Source: Ignavibacteriales bacterium (GTDB taxonomy: Bacteria; Bacteroidota; Ignavibacteria; UBA10030; SZUA-254). Taken from it: a stretch of 64,000 bases of DNA. The stretch is from assembly GCA_016214905.1 (NCBI GenBank), contig JACRMQ010000007.1:631695-695694 (forward strand). The letters run 5' to 3'. Each line of letters starts with the position of its first letter. Within the stretch, counting starts at the first letter, position 1. Made by a program: the position numbers and the translations under genes. Below the pieces are notes generated by a model. The model did no database searches. It saw only the letters and a list, made by a program, of their open reading frames with translations, and was not told where the DNA came from. This document shows, piece after piece, positions 34,445 to 45,581 of the stretch.

Positions 34445-37400
34445 ATGATAGAAAAAATAATTGAGTACTCGGCACGAAATAAATTTGTTATCATCCTTAT
34501 TTATTCCATCCTAATCGGATGGGGTATCTGGTCGGTGTATAACACACCAGTTGATGCGATTCCAGATCTTTCAGATAATCAGGTTATTGTGTTCACATCG
34601 TGGATGGGACGATCACCAAAAATTATGGAGGATCAAATTACTTATCCTCTGGTGAGCAACCTTCAGGGACTTCCGAAAGTCAAAGCAGTTCGGGCGCAAT
34701 CAATGTTCGGTATGTCGTTCATCTACATCATCTTCGAAGACAACGTCGATATTTATTGGGCACGAAGCCGCGTGCTTGAGAAACTCAATTATGCCTCCTC
34801 TTTCCTTCCGTCCGGTGTCATCCCAACGCTTGGTCCTGATGGAACAGGAGTCGGTCACGTTTACTGGTACACAGTTGAGGGAAAAGATTATGATCTTGCC
34901 GAACTTCGTGCAATTCAAGATTGGTATATCCGCTACCAACTTAACTCTGTTCCCGGTGTTGCAGAAGTTGCAAGTGTCGGTGGCTTTGTAAAGCAATATC
35001 AGGTTGATCTCGACCCAAACAAGCTTGTAGCTTACGATGTAAACTTTAATTCGATTGTCGATGCAATTAAAAACACTAACCGTGATGTAGGTGGGAAGAT
35101 TATCGAATCGAATTCTCTTCAGATGTTCGTTCGCGGACAAGGATATGTCAAATCAGTGAAAGAGATTGAAAGAATTCCGATAGGCACCGGCAAAGATGGT
35201 GTTCCGATTTATATAAAAAATGTTGGGACAGTCCAGCTTGGTAACGACTTCCGGCTTGGAATGATGGACAAAAACGGACAAGGTGAGGTTGTCGGCGGTA
35301 TTATCGTAATGCGTTATGGCGAGAATGCAAAAGATGTAATTGAGCGGGTGAAGGAAAAAATCGTCGAGGTTCAAAAAGGATTGCCAAAAGGTGTTGAAAT
35401 AAAAACAGCATACGACCGCTCCGATTTAATTGAACGATCTATTAACACTTTACGAAGCGCTCTTATTGAAGAAGCGCTTATTGTGAGTCTCGTTGTTATG
35501 GTTTTCATCTTCCACTTCAGAAGTGCACTTCGCATTTTAATTGAGTTACCTGTTTCGGTGCTGATGGCATTCATCCTGATGAAACAGTTTGGTATAACAT
35601 CAAACATCATGAGTCTAGGAGGATTAGCTATTGCGATTGGCGTGCTGGTAGATTCATCGATTGTGCTTGTGGAAAATGCTTATCGCAACATCGCACACGC
35701 ACAACATGAAGGCGGCGTCATTGATTATACAGAAATCTCTATCCGTTCCGCTCAACAGGTTGGCAGGGCAATATTTTTCTCGCTTGCAATCATCGTTGTT
35801 TCATTCCTTCCTGTATTTTTATTGGAAGGACAAGAGGGTAAACTCTTCCACCCTCTCGCATTCACAAAAACATTTGCGCTTGCTGCATCGGCGATTATCT
35901 CGATTACACTTGTGCCGATGCTGATGACGATGTTGATGCGCGGAAAATTCAAACCTGAAGAAAAGAATCCTATCTCACGCTTTGTAATGAAGATATATGA
36001 ACCGATTCTCAAGAGAGCGTTAAAATTTCGTAAGACAACGCTTGCGCTCAACTTGTTAGCTCTTTTAATTACGATCCCGATGATTCTCAGCATCGGTTCT
36101 GAATTCATGCCTCCGCTTGATGAAGGAAGTTTGCTCTTTATGCCGGTAACTCTGCCGAATGTTTCAATCACCGAAGCGAAAAGAATTCTTCAGGTTCAGG
36201 ATAAAATTATTGCTGACTTTCCAGAAGTTGATCAAGTTCTCGGAAAAGTTGGACGTGCTGAAACTTCAACCGATCCCGCTCCAATCAGCATGATTGAGTC
36301 AATTATTCTCCTCAAACCAAAATCTCAATGGCGAAAAGGAATGACGAAGGATGATATTATTTCTCAGCTTGATCAGAAATTACAAATCCCCGGAGTTCGA
36401 AACGGATGGACACAGCCGATCATCAACCGCATAAACATGCTTTCGACAGGCGTAAGAACCGATTTAGGTGTGAAAGTTTTCGGTGATGATCTTGACACTC
36501 TCGAAAGATTGGCTATTGAAGCCGAGAACATTTTAAAAACTGTCCCTGGCGCGGCTGATCTTTACGCAGAGAGAGTTATTGGCGGAGAATTTCTAGACAT
36601 TAATGTTAAACCCGAGGCAGTTGCACGATATGGCATCAATGTTGGAGATGTTTTAAATGTAATTGAAACTGCAATAGGCGGAGAAAATATTTCAACAACA
36701 GTTGAAGGCAGACGCCGCTTCCCAATCCGTGTCCGCTTTGCAAAAGATTATCGCGATAATATCGATGCACTAAAGCGATTGCTTGTACCTGTTCCTCGGA
36801 TGAGTAGCTCATCAATGGAATCTTCACAACCAATAGGATCTTCGTCAGGTGGTATGGGTTCGATGAATACATCTTCCTTATTTGCGAAGCCAATTGTCAA
36901 TTCACAATTATCAATTGACAATTCCAAATTTACCTTTATACCGTTAGCACAATTAGCAGATATCAAACAATCTCCCGGTCCACCGATGATCAACAGTGAA
37001 AATAGTCTCCTCCGCTCTATTGTGTTTCTTAATGTACGTGGAAGAGATATGGGTGGATTTGTTAACGACGCTAAAGTTGCTCTCGACAAAAATCTAAAAC
37101 TCCCTCCAGGATATTATGTATCATGGAGCGGTCAATATGAAAATCAAATCAGAGCAAAGAAGCGGTTGGAAATTGTTTTGCCAATTGTATTCTCTATAAT
37201 TTTTATAATGCTTTATTTTACATTCAAATCAGCCCTCGAAGCATCGATGGTAATGCTCTCAGTTCCGTTTGCACTGATAGGTGGAGTATATCTGATTTAT
37301 TTTTTAGGATACAACTTCAGTGTTGCTGTTTGGGTTGGATTCATTGCCTTGTATGGTGTAGCTGTAGAGACTGGCGTTGTTATGGTGATTTATCTCCACG

Positions 37401-37711
37401 AAGCACTTAACAAATATTTGCAAAAAGGAACAATCACAAATGCGGATATCACTCAGGCAACTCTCGAAGGTGCAGTTCTTCGACTCCGCCCAAAACTAAT
37501 GACTGTCGCAACTAATCTGATTGGCTTATTGCCGATTATGTGGAGCACCGGCACCGGTTCTGATGTTATGAAACCAATTGCTGCACCAATGATTGGCGGG
37601 ATTATTACTTCGGCAATTCACGTCCTATTTGTAACTCCGGTAATCTTTTCTATGATGAAAGAAGCGGCATTGAAGCGAGGTACATTGAAGATGAGTGAGA
37701 TGAAACATTAA
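34445..37711 (+). CDS. CusA/CzcA-family heavy-metal efflux RND transporter (operon 1)
   Basis: 1088 aa with 12-TM RND topology. Family-typical N-terminus IIEYSARNKFVIILI and AIPDLSDNQVIV. Confidence 0.95.
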   Translation: MIEKIIEYSARNKFVIILIYSILIGWGIWSVYNTPVDAIPDLSDNQVIVFTSWMGRSPKIMEDQITYPLVSNLQGLPKVKAVRAQSMFGMSFIYIIFEDNVDIYWARSRVLEKLNYASSFLPSGVIPTLGPDGTGVGHVYWYTVEGKDYDLAELRAIQDWYIRYQLNSVPGVAEVASVGGFVKQYQVDLDPNKLVAYDVNFNSIVDAIKNTNRDVGGKIIESNSLQMFVRGQGYVKSVKEIERIPIGTGKDGVPIYIKNVGTVQLGNDFRLGMMDKNGQGEVVGGIIVMRYGENAKDVIERVKEKIVEVQKGLPKGVEIKTAYDRSDLIERSINTLRSALIEEALIVSLVVMVFIFHFRSALRILIELPVSVLMAFILMKQFGITSNIMSLGGLAIAIGVLVDSSIVLVENAYRNIAHAQHEGGVIDYTEISIRSAQQVGRAIFFSLAIIVVSFLPVFLLEGQEGKLFHPLAFTKTFALAASAIISITLVPMLMTMLMRGKFKPEEKNPISRFVMKIYEPILKRALKFRKTTLALNLLALLITIPMILSIGSEFMPPLDEGSLLFMPVTLPNVSITEAKRILQVQDKIIADFPEVDQVLGKVGRAETSTDPAPISMIESIILLKPKSQWRKGMTKDDIISQLDQKLQIPGVRNGWTQPIINRINMLSTGVRTDLGVKVFGDDLDTLERLAIEAENILKTVPGAADLYAERVIGGEFLDINVKPEAVARYGINVGDVLNVIETAIGGENISTTVEGRRRFPIRVRFAKDYRDNIDALKRLLVPVPRMSSSSMESSQPIGSSSGGMGSMNTSSLFAKPIVNSQLSIDNSKFTFIPLAQLADIKQSPGPPMINSENSLLRSIVFLNVRGRDMGGFVNDAKVALDKNLKLPPGYYVSWSGQYENQIRAKKRLEIVLPIVFSIIFIMLYFTFKSALEASMVMLSVPFALIGGVYLIYFLGYNFSVAVWVGFIALYGVAVETGVVMVIYLHEALNKYLQKGTITNADITQATLEGAVLRLRPKLMTVATNLIGLLPIMWSTGTGSDVMKPIAAPMIGGIITSAIHVLFVTPVIFSMMKEAALKRGTLKMSEMKH

Positions 37712-37857
37712 CTAAACACTCTCAACAATTCAACATGATAAAAATCAACCTGAACATGTTAAAGAAACCTCGATTGAGAATTACATCCCCACTTATATAG
37801 TGGCGAGATTTGATAGTTGATTTGAATGTTATCAAAAATATTTTTAAATTATAACCA

Positions 37858-38205
37858 ATGATATTAAAATTCTCAAAATATTACCTGCAAACGACAAATC
37901 TGGTCGTGGTTTTGTGCCTCACAATTTCCATGTTTTGGTGTGGTGATATTAACTGCTTTAACGATAACAATACTGAACAATGTTCAACTTTGGTTTGTGA
38001 GTTTATCGGCAGTCATCAGAATTCACCCTCTAATCCCGATGACAATCATTCCGATAACTGTACCTGCATCTGTCACATACCGGCAATCGCAAGTGTTTTA
38101 TCCATTGTATCATCTTCATTTCAGCCGGAGAATAACACAGTAGTTATCTCATTCTCCATTCCAACAGCTCCAGTCCAAAACATTTACCACCCTCCAAAAG
38201 CGTAA
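37858..38205 (+). CDS. Small Cys/His-rich membrane protein preceding RND operon 2
   Basis: One TM helix, then CGDINCFNDNNTEQCSTLVCEF...HSDNCTCICHIPAI. Positional analogue of 28045-28455. Confidence 0.4.
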   Translation: MILKFSKYYLQTTNLVVVLCLTISMFWCGDINCFNDNNTEQCSTLVCEFIGSHQNSPSNPDDNHSDNCTCICHIPAIASVLSIVSSSFQPENNTVVISFSIPTAPVQNIYHPPKA

Positions 38206-38282
38206 CTCTCTAACGCTGCTGCCCGATTATTCCGGGTTTTTATAATTCATAAATTTAAAAAATCTTATAAGCGAGGTTCGCT

Positions 38283-39536
38283 TTGTTACGTTTATTTATT
38301 CAAATGGGACTGTTATTTCTATTAAGCTGGATTACTTCATTCTCCCAGATTGTGGAACAACTCTCCATTCACGATGCAATCTCTATTGCACTAAAAAATA
38401 ATCCACAATCAATCTCTTCATTAAATCAAATTGATGCTGAGCGAGGACGATTTTGGCGGGGTGTTTCACCGTCGTCTCCTTCCGTCGCGGTCAACTATCA
38501 ATACATTCCAAAAGGAAACAGTATAAAACAATTCGGAGAACGAACGGTAGAAATAAGTCAATCGTTGGAATTTCCTACAAATATTTTATTTCGTGGTATG
38601 CAATTATCTTCCAAAGTTACGATTGCTGAGGCAGAATATTCTTCGACCTCAATTGCAATTACGTCACGAGTCAAGATTGCATATTACGACGTGCTCGCCA
38701 AACAGAAAAAAATAGAACTTGCCGAAGAAAATCTTGCTATTGCCGACGACTTCGCTCGCAAAGCGGAAATCCGTTATAACGTCGGTGAAGCCACAAACCT
38801 GGAACGATTGACTGCTAATGTGCAACGCACACAGGCACGAAACGGTTTAGATGTGGCTGAGAATGATCTTAAAATTTCCCTCGGTGAATTGTACTACACA
38901 CTCGGACGTGGAAAGGAAGCTCAACCGAATGAAATCATTCTAACAGATAGTTTAATCTATCAACCGATCAAAGAGACATTGGAGCAATTAACAGAAAGGG
39001 CTTTTGCCATTAATCCACAAATTAAGGCAGCATCCGGCAGAGTATCAGTTGCTTCAATGGATCGAACTTTGGCATGGTCGAGTTTTCTGCCAAACCTGAA
39101 CGCATCTTATTATCGTCAGACTGTAGATGGTAACTCGGATTTCTACGGTGTGTCTTTTGGAATTTCCCTGCCTCTCTGGTTTTTATTCGATCAGCGTGGT
39201 CAGATTCAGGAAGCATCGGCAAACTTAAATATTGCTGAATCTGATTTACGATCTCTAAATAATTTCATTAGTGTGAATGTAAAAAACGCATTTTTAGATA
39301 TGAAAAACGATGAGCGGCAAATCATACTGCATCAGACAAATATTCTTCCTCAGGCAGAAGAAGTGTACCGTACCGCTCTTGCAAGTTATGAAGCAGGCGA
39401 AATCACTTACATAGAATTTTTACAAGCCCGACAAACACTAATTTCATCGCGGAACGAATATGTTGAAGAACTGTCTCGCTACAGCACATCGCTGGCGAAG
39501 TTAGAATTTGCCGTCGGCGCTTCAATCAATCAATAA
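38283..39536 (+). CDS. TolC-family outer membrane efflux protein (operon 2)
   Basis: Signal peptide and TolC-like repeat architecture. TTG 38283 with gagg 7 nt upstream; ATG 38304 is the alternative start. Confidence 0.8.
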   Translation: MLRLFIQMGLLFLLSWITSFSQIVEQLSIHDAISIALKNNPQSISSLNQIDAERGRFWRGVSPSSPSVAVNYQYIPKGNSIKQFGERTVEISQSLEFPTNILFRGMQLSSKVTIAEAEYSSTSIAITSRVKIAYYDVLAKQKKIELAEENLAIADDFARKAEIRYNVGEATNLERLTANVQRTQARNGLDVAENDLKISLGELYYTLGRGKEAQPNEIILTDSLIYQPIKETLEQLTERAFAINPQIKAASGRVSVASMDRTLAWSSFLPNLNASYYRQTVDGNSDFYGVSFGISLPLWFLFDQRGQIQEASANLNIAESDLRSLNNFISVNVKNAFLDMKNDERQIILHQTNILPQAEEVYRTALASYEAGEITYIEFLQARQTLISSRNEYVEELSRYSTSLAKLEFAVGASINQ

Positions 39537-39562
39537 TATTTTATTATAGTAAGGTATATATC

Positions 39563-40741
39563 ATGAATTCAAGAATTTATTTCCCAATTTTAGTATTAAT
39601 CATCGGTAGTCTCATGGCGCCCGGTTGCGGCGACAAATCTAAAGATGATAACACAACAGAACAACATGAAACGGAACATGAGGTCGTCACTTTAGCAAAA
39701 AAGAGCGCATCCGATATTGGTCTCACTCTTTTTACCGCAAAGATGATTCCATTAACAGGAGTATTAACCGCTCCAGCTAAAGTTTTACCAAATCAGGATC
39801 TTGAAGCACAGGTCGGTTCACTGATGCAAGGAAGAGTGCATCAAGTATTTGTGCAAGTCGGCGATTATGTAAAAGCAGGGCAAACTTTATTGACGGTTGA
39901 AGGTCTCGACGTCGGCACGATTAAAGCCGGATTCTTAAAAGCAAAGGCAACTCTCGATTATGAAAAAACAAATTATGAAAGACAGAAGAAATTATTCGAT
40001 GAAAAAATAGGATCGCAAAAAGCTTTATTAGAAAGCCAAGCTGAATATGAAAAGGCGCTCGCGGAATACAAGGCGGAAGATAAAAGAATTCACTCAGTCG
40101 GTCTTAGTGATGAAGACGTAACAAATGAAAAGATCGGCGAAGAACATACTTCCGGCACATTGCCTATTAAATCGCACATTGACGGCATTGTTGTTGAAAG
40201 AAATGTTGTTATCGGGCAATTTGTCGACGCGACAACAAACGCTTTCAAAGTAATCAACACAAATTCTGTTTGGGTAGATGGACAAATTTATGAAAAGGAT
40301 TTAGCAAAGATAAGCCAAAAAACAAATGCTGTATTCACTACGACAACTTTTCCGAACGAGAAATTTAACGGACGGATAATATACATTGGTCAAACGGTTG
40401 ACGAGCAGTCAAGAACAATTACCGTACGCGTGGAGTTCAGCAATCCAAACAATAAACTGAAACCGCAAATGTTCGGTGAATTGAGAATCCCAATCGGTGC
40501 GAAGGCAGAAGCAATAATGATCCCGGATGAAGCTGTGGTGAAAGAAACCGGACAGGAATATGTGTTCGTTCAAACGAGCGATACAACCTTTGAGAAAAGA
40601 AATGTCATCACCGGAACGATTGCTGATACTAAGATAGAAATCAAGAATGGATTAAAAGAAGGTGAAACAGTCGCATCCAAAGGTGTGTTTTATTTAAAGA
40701 GCGAACTGAAAAAAGATGAATTAACAGGAGATGAACACTGA
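39563..40741 (+). CDS. RND efflux periplasmic adaptor subunit (operon 2)
   Basis: Lipobox MAPGCG and an MFP core (IKSHIDGIVVERNV, MIPDEAVV). Its TGA overlaps the next ATG. Confidence 0.85.
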   Translation: MNSRIYFPILVLIIGSLMAPGCGDKSKDDNTTEQHETEHEVVTLAKKSASDIGLTLFTAKMIPLTGVLTAPAKVLPNQDLEAQVGSLMQGRVHQVFVQVGDYVKAGQTLLTVEGLDVGTIKAGFLKAKATLDYEKTNYERQKKLFDEKIGSQKALLESQAEYEKALAEYKAEDKRIHSVGLSDEDVTNEKIGEEHTSGTLPIKSHIDGIVVERNVVIGQFVDATTNAFKVINTNSVWVDGQIYEKDLAKISQKTNAVFTTTTFPNEKFNGRIIYIGQTVDEQSRTITVRVEFSNPNNKLKPQMFGELRIPIGAKAEAIMIPDEAVVKETGQEYVFVQTSDTTFEKRNVITGTIADTKIEIKNGLKEGETVASKGVFYLKSELKKDELTGDEH

Positions 40742-43700
40742 TGTTAGAAAAAATAATTTCTTTGACGCTGAACCAGAAAGGAACTATCATTTTTCTTTCT
40801 CTTCTTATTGTCGCATTCGGATTGTATTCATATTTAACTTTACCAATTGATGCTTTCCCGGATGTAACAAACATTCAAGTTGAAGTAGTAAGCCATGCGG
40901 ATGGACTGTCGGCTATCGAGATTGAAAGAAACGTTACGTATCCTATAGAGATGGCGATGCGCGGATTGCCGGATGTTGAACAAATGCGTTCGGTTACAAA
41001 GTTCGGACTTTCAATCGTGACTATAATTTTCAAAGACGACGTCGATATTTATTTTGCCCGCCAGTTGGTTTTTGAACGGTTAGCTGAGGCAAGGGAAAAT
41101 GTTCCCAAAGGCGTTGAAGTCGCTTTGGGACCAATGGCAACGGTAATGGGAGAAATTTATCAGTACACACTCGAGGGTGAGATGCCGAAGGATTCTCTTC
41201 AAAAAATATCTTACTTAACAAACTTGAGAACAATTCAAGAGTGGATCATCACACCGCAATTTAAAAACGTTGCCGGAGTAAATGAAATCAATTCTTTCGG
41301 CGGTTACTTTAAGCAGTATCAAGTTATAGTATCACCCGAAAAATTACTGAAGTACGCAATAACAGCAGATGAGGTTTATTCCGCTATTGAGAATAACAAT
41401 CAAAATGTTGGCGGAAATATTCTGGAAAGAAATTCCGATCAATATATCGTCCGCGGTGTTGGATTGATAAAAGATGTAAGCGATATAGAAAACATTGTGC
41501 TGAAATCCCACGAAGGAACACCGACTTACATAAGAGATGTTGCACAAGTTCAGATTGGCGAAGCAGTTCGGATGGGCGCAGCAATGATCAACGGTAATAA
41601 TGAATGTGTCGGTGGTATAGTGATGATGCTTCGCGGTGAGAACAGCCGCGAAGTTGTTAAGCGAGTAGAAGATAAGGTTAGAGAAATAAATGAGAACAAT
41701 ATCCTTCCTGATGGAATTAAAATAGTGCCTTATTATGATAGAAGTGATATAGTTAACGCAAGCGTGAATACGGTAAACAAAGCGTTGATTGAGGGCGCTA
41801 TTCTTGTGCTGATAGTATTGTATTTATTGCTAAGAAGTTTTAGAGGAAGCTTTGTTGTGTTGATTGCCCTGCCTCTTTCCCTCCTTGTTACATTTATCGT
41901 TATGAGGATTGTCGGATTGAGCGCGAACTTAATGTCGCTCGGCGGACTTGCGATCTCCATCGGGATGATCATAGATGCAACGATCATTCAAGTCGAAAAT
42001 GTGCAGAGGCACCTCAGTGATGGCGGCAATAAACATCCAAAATTATTGACAGTTCTTAGAGCGGTGCTGGAAGTGAGAAAACCGAGTATCTTCGGAGAGC
42101 TTATCATTGCTATCACGTTCATTCCGATTCTTTCGTTGGAGGGAATTGAAGGAAAGATGTTCGGACCGCTTGCTGAAACAGTTGCGATAGCGCTTCTCTC
42201 ATCATTGTTCCTTTCCATTTTTGTCATACCGGTTCTCTGCGCCATCTTTCTGAAACCTCAGCAGGAAAAAGAAAGCATCATCATGAAGTATGCAACAAAA
42301 TATTATCTTCCGCTTTTAGAATATACCATGAAGAAAAAGATGCTGATCTTAACTATTTCCGGATTATTTTTAATTGCCACATTGTTCCTCTTCACAAGAT
42401 TGGGAACCGAATTCATACCAATAATGGACGAGGGTGCGTTCGATATGGATGTTGCGTTGCTTCCGGGAGTTTCACTTTCGAAAGCTATGGAAGTAAATCA
42501 GCTTGCTGGTCAGAAAATGAAAGAATTTGACGAATTGGATATCGTCGTATCGCGAACCGGTCAAACGGGAGTTGCACTTGATACCCGCGGTGTAGATAAA
42601 ACCGGTTACGTTGGAATCTTAAAACCAAAGGGCGATTGGAAGCGGGATATTTCCAGAGAAGAACTGACAAATGAGATGCGTGAATCTTTGGAATCGATAC
42701 CGGGACTCGGTTTCGGATTCAGCCAGCCGATCCAGTGCAGAATTGACGAGTTGGTCGCCGGAACGCGCGCTCAATTGATTCTAAAACTGTTCGGTGAAGA
42801 TATTGATATACTCAAAAATAAATCGGATGAAATTTCTAAAGTTCTGTCTTCAATCGAAGGAGGAACCGATTTGTTGACTGAAAAGGTTTCGGGACAGCCA
42901 TACTTAACTGTAAACATTGACCGTTCGAAAATAGCTCGGTATGGATTGAACATAAGCGATGTTCAGAATGTCATAGAAATAGCTGTCGCCGGAAAATCTG
43001 CCTCCAAGTTTTATGAAGAGAACAGAAACTTTGATATCACCGTCCGTTTACCGGAAGAAAAAAGAAATTCGATTGAAGCGATAGAAAACATATTAGTTCC
43101 TACAAAAACGGGAATGAATATTCCTCTTGCGCAATTAGCCGACGTAAAAATGATCGAGGGACCGGTTCAGATAAGCAGGCAAGATGGAATAAGAAGAATC
43201 GGCATCGAGATGAACATCAGCGGAAGGGATATCGGAAGTTTTGTTGCCGAGGCAAAAGAAAAAATAAAAGCTAATGTTCAACTACCGGCAGGTTATTTTT
43301 TGACCTGGGGCGGACAGTTTGAAAATCAGCAGAGAGCAATGAACAAGCTCATGATCATCGGACCCGTTGCCGTCGGATTAATACTGCTTCTCTTATTTGT
43401 AACATTCAGGTCAGTTCGATTAGCGCTGTTAGTAATCTCGAACTTGCCCTTCGCTCTTATTGGTGGAGTTTTCTCTCTCTACATTTCCGGATTGTATTTA
43501 TCTGTTCCGGCTTCAGTCGGATTTATTGTTTTGTTCGGCGTGGCTGTGCTAAACGGTGTTGTCTTGGTCTCACACATTTCACAATTGCGTGAAGAAGGAA
43601 TTATTCTGCAAGACGCAATCAGAAAAGGTAGTCTTGACAGATTGCGGCCTGTGTTAATGACGGCATCAATTGCAATTTTCAGTCTTATGCCGATGCTCTT

Positions 43701-43845
43701 TGCAAGCGGAGCCGGATCGGAAATTCAAAAACCGCTTGCAACAGTAGTTGTTGGCGGATTGATTACTTCGACTTTGTTGACATTGTTAATCATTCCATCT
43801 GTTTACAGTTGGTTTGAGAAGAAACAAGTTGAAGCGGAAATGTAA
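40741..43845 (+). CDS. CzcA/CusA-family heavy-metal efflux RND transporter (operon 2)
   Basis: 1034 aa RND permease with AFPDVTNIQVEV and 12 TM helices. Confidence 0.95.
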   Translation: MLEKIISLTLNQKGTIIFLSLLIVAFGLYSYLTLPIDAFPDVTNIQVEVVSHADGLSAIEIERNVTYPIEMAMRGLPDVEQMRSVTKFGLSIVTIIFKDDVDIYFARQLVFERLAEARENVPKGVEVALGPMATVMGEIYQYTLEGEMPKDSLQKISYLTNLRTIQEWIITPQFKNVAGVNEINSFGGYFKQYQVIVSPEKLLKYAITADEVYSAIENNNQNVGGNILERNSDQYIVRGVGLIKDVSDIENIVLKSHEGTPTYIRDVAQVQIGEAVRMGAAMINGNNECVGGIVMMLRGENSREVVKRVEDKVREINENNILPDGIKIVPYYDRSDIVNASVNTVNKALIEGAILVLIVLYLLLRSFRGSFVVLIALPLSLLVTFIVMRIVGLSANLMSLGGLAISIGMIIDATIIQVENVQRHLSDGGNKHPKLLTVLRAVLEVRKPSIFGELIIAITFIPILSLEGIEGKMFGPLAETVAIALLSSLFLSIFVIPVLCAIFLKPQQEKESIIMKYATKYYLPLLEYTMKKKMLILTISGLFLIATLFLFTRLGTEFIPIMDEGAFDMDVALLPGVSLSKAMEVNQLAGQKMKEFDELDIVVSRTGQTGVALDTRGVDKTGYVGILKPKGDWKRDISREELTNEMRESLESIPGLGFGFSQPIQCRIDELVAGTRAQLILKLFGEDIDILKNKSDEISKVLSSIEGGTDLLTEKVSGQPYLTVNIDRSKIARYGLNISDVQNVIEIAVAGKSASKFYEENRNFDITVRLPEEKRNSIEAIENILVPTKTGMNIPLAQLADVKMIEGPVQISRQDGIRRIGIEMNISGRDIGSFVAEAKEKIKANVQLPAGYFLTWGGQFENQQRAMNKLMIIGPVAVGLILLLLFVTFRSVRLALLVISNLPFALIGGVFSLYISGLYLSVPASVGFIVLFGVAVLNGVVLVSHISQLREEGIILQDAIRKGSLDRLRPVLMTASIAIFSLMPMLFASGAGSEIQKPLATVVVGGLITSTLLTLLIIPSVYSWFEKKQVEAEM

Positions 43846-43882
43846 ATGAAGTATACCGAGGTTGTTTAAAAAAAATATTACT

Positions 43883-43976
43883 GGTAGCCGCAGACTTTTG
43901 AGCCGAAGGCTCATCCGCCTTTGGCGGAATGTCTGCGAAAACATGGCATAAACGCAACCTGAAGGTTGCGGCTACC
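43883..43976. repeat. Multi-stem GC-rich intergenic element
   Basis: Outer 10-bp stem ggtagccgca (43883-43892) / tgcggctacc (43967-43976). It encloses hairpins gagcc-gaa-ggctc (43900-43912), ccgcc-ttt-ggcgg (43915-43927) and caacc-tgaa-ggttg (43955-43968), plus gcagac/gtctgc. Confidence 0.5.
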
Positions 43977-44032
43977 GCCCAAAATCTAATTTTTAGTCAA
44001 CCCCGTATTTTATAAATTATAAGGAGAATAAA

Positions 44033-44374
44033 ATGAAAGAGATTAAAGCAATAATAAGACCGTTCAAATTGGATGATGTAATCACTGCTCTTCATAGAAT
44101 TGAAGGGTTACCGGGTGTTACTATTTCTAAGATTAAGGGATTTGGTAAATCAAAAGCGAAAGATTCGAAAGATGCAATCAGAGAAGGACTACACGATTAT
44201 GTGGAAAAAATAAAAATAGAACTTGTTGTGCATGATGAAATGGTTGATGAGGTTGTAAGCGTGATACAGAAATATTCGCACACAGGAAATACGGGGGATG
44301 GAAAAATATTCATCATCAACATAGAAGACGTGATCAAGATCCGAACAAACGAGCGGGGTGAGAAAGCGATTTAG
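44033..44374 (+). CDS. P-II family signal-transduction protein associated with the RND operon
   Basis: 113 aa. MKEIKAIIRPFKLDDVITAL...GDGKIFIINIEDVIKIRTNERGEKAI is a canonical P-II fold sequence. Confidence 0.85.
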   Translation: MKEIKAIIRPFKLDDVITALHRIEGLPGVTISKIKGFGKSKAKDSKDAIREGLHDYVEKIKIELVVHDEMVDEVVSVIQKYSHTGNTGDGKIFIINIEDVIKIRTNERGEKAI

Positions 44375-44402
44375 GTAACGAAAGGAGTGATAAAAAAGTA
44401 CC

Positions 44403-45581
44403 ATGACTATCGTAATTAGTTTGTATCGAATTACAGCATTAGTATTCTTGCTATGGTTCCTAATCCCAACCAATGTGATTGGGCAACAGCGTAATACCGA
44501 CAGTAAGAAAGTGATGGCGCAGGCTGAGGAATATCTAAATGCCGGAAAGTTCACGTCGGCAGTTTCTCTGCTTGATGAAATCATTGCAACTGATTCACTA
44601 AATGCGAAGGCGTTTAATCTTCTCGGTCGTGCATACCTTTCCACAAAGCAATTTCAGGAAGCAGAGCGATTCTTTAAACTTGCGCTCAAAATTGATGAAC
44701 GGTATGTCGATGCGAATCTTGGCTTAGCTATTGCTCTTCTGTCCGATGGAAAGGCAAACGAGGCGAAAAGGTATGCCCTTCTTGCATTACCCGATGATTC
44801 AACGAAAATGGATGCGCTCAATATCCTCGGCGAAATAACAGCAGGAGAAGAAGATATTGATGGTGCACGCCGTTATTACGAACAAATCCTAAAGATAGAT
44901 AGCACTCATTATGATGCTCTCACAAACCTCGGTGTGCTGTACCAGAAAGCCGGAAGTGAGGTGCAGGCGCTACAGTATTTTCAGAAAGCCGTAAAATTTC
45001 ATCCGATGAGACCATCTGCTTTTCATAATCTTGGTGTGTTATACAGCGTCATGGGACGGTTACATGAAGCCATAGTAACTTTGAATACTGCTGCCTCCAT
45101 TGATTCCGCAAATCCAAAGTCTGTTCGCACATTAGGGATAGTTTATTTGCAGCAAGGTCTATTCGGAGAAGCCATAAGAACGTTTCAAAGAGCTCTCGAA
45201 CGAGACTTTTTCGATATCGAAAGCCGTGTTGGCAATGCGCTCGGATATTGGTTGCAGCAAGAGTACGACAGTGCGTTAAGGGAGATAAACGACCTTGCCT
45301 CGCTGGGAATTCGTTTCAACCGGATGGAATTGTTCCTTGCAAATATCTATTTTCAGAAAAAGGATTATGATCGGGCGATCGAGTTTGCCCTTGAGGATCA
45401 CAAGCAGAATCCATCACAGGCTGAAGGACATTATTTGCTTTTCGTTCTCTATAGGCTGAAGGGTGAAGAGGAAAGAGCCATTGATGAGTTTAAGGAAGCC
45501 TCTACAATTATGGAGGAAAATCCTAAGGCTTCATTATTTTTCAGTATAAATAGTTACTTTCCTACTGAAGAGAGAAAGTGA
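44403..45581 (+). CDS. TPR repeat protein with signal/anchor
   Basis: Repeated A..lG.ay......eA...f.kAl..dp units throughout. Confidence 0.75.
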   Translation: MTIVISLYRITALVFLLWFLIPTNVIGQQRNTDSKKVMAQAEEYLNAGKFTSAVSLLDEIIATDSLNAKAFNLLGRAYLSTKQFQEAERFFKLALKIDERYVDANLGLAIALLSDGKANEAKRYALLALPDDSTKMDALNILGEITAGEEDIDGARRYYEQILKIDSTHYDALTNLGVLYQKAGSEVQALQYFQKAVKFHPMRPSAFHNLGVLYSVMGRLHEAIVTLNTAASIDSANPKSVRTLGIVYLQQGLFGEAIRTFQRALERDFFDIESRVGNALGYWLQQEYDSALREINDLASLGIRFNRMELFLANIYFQKKDYDRAIEFALEDHKQNPSQAEGHYLLFVLYRLKGEEERAIDEFKEASTIMEENPKASLFFSINSYFPTEERK

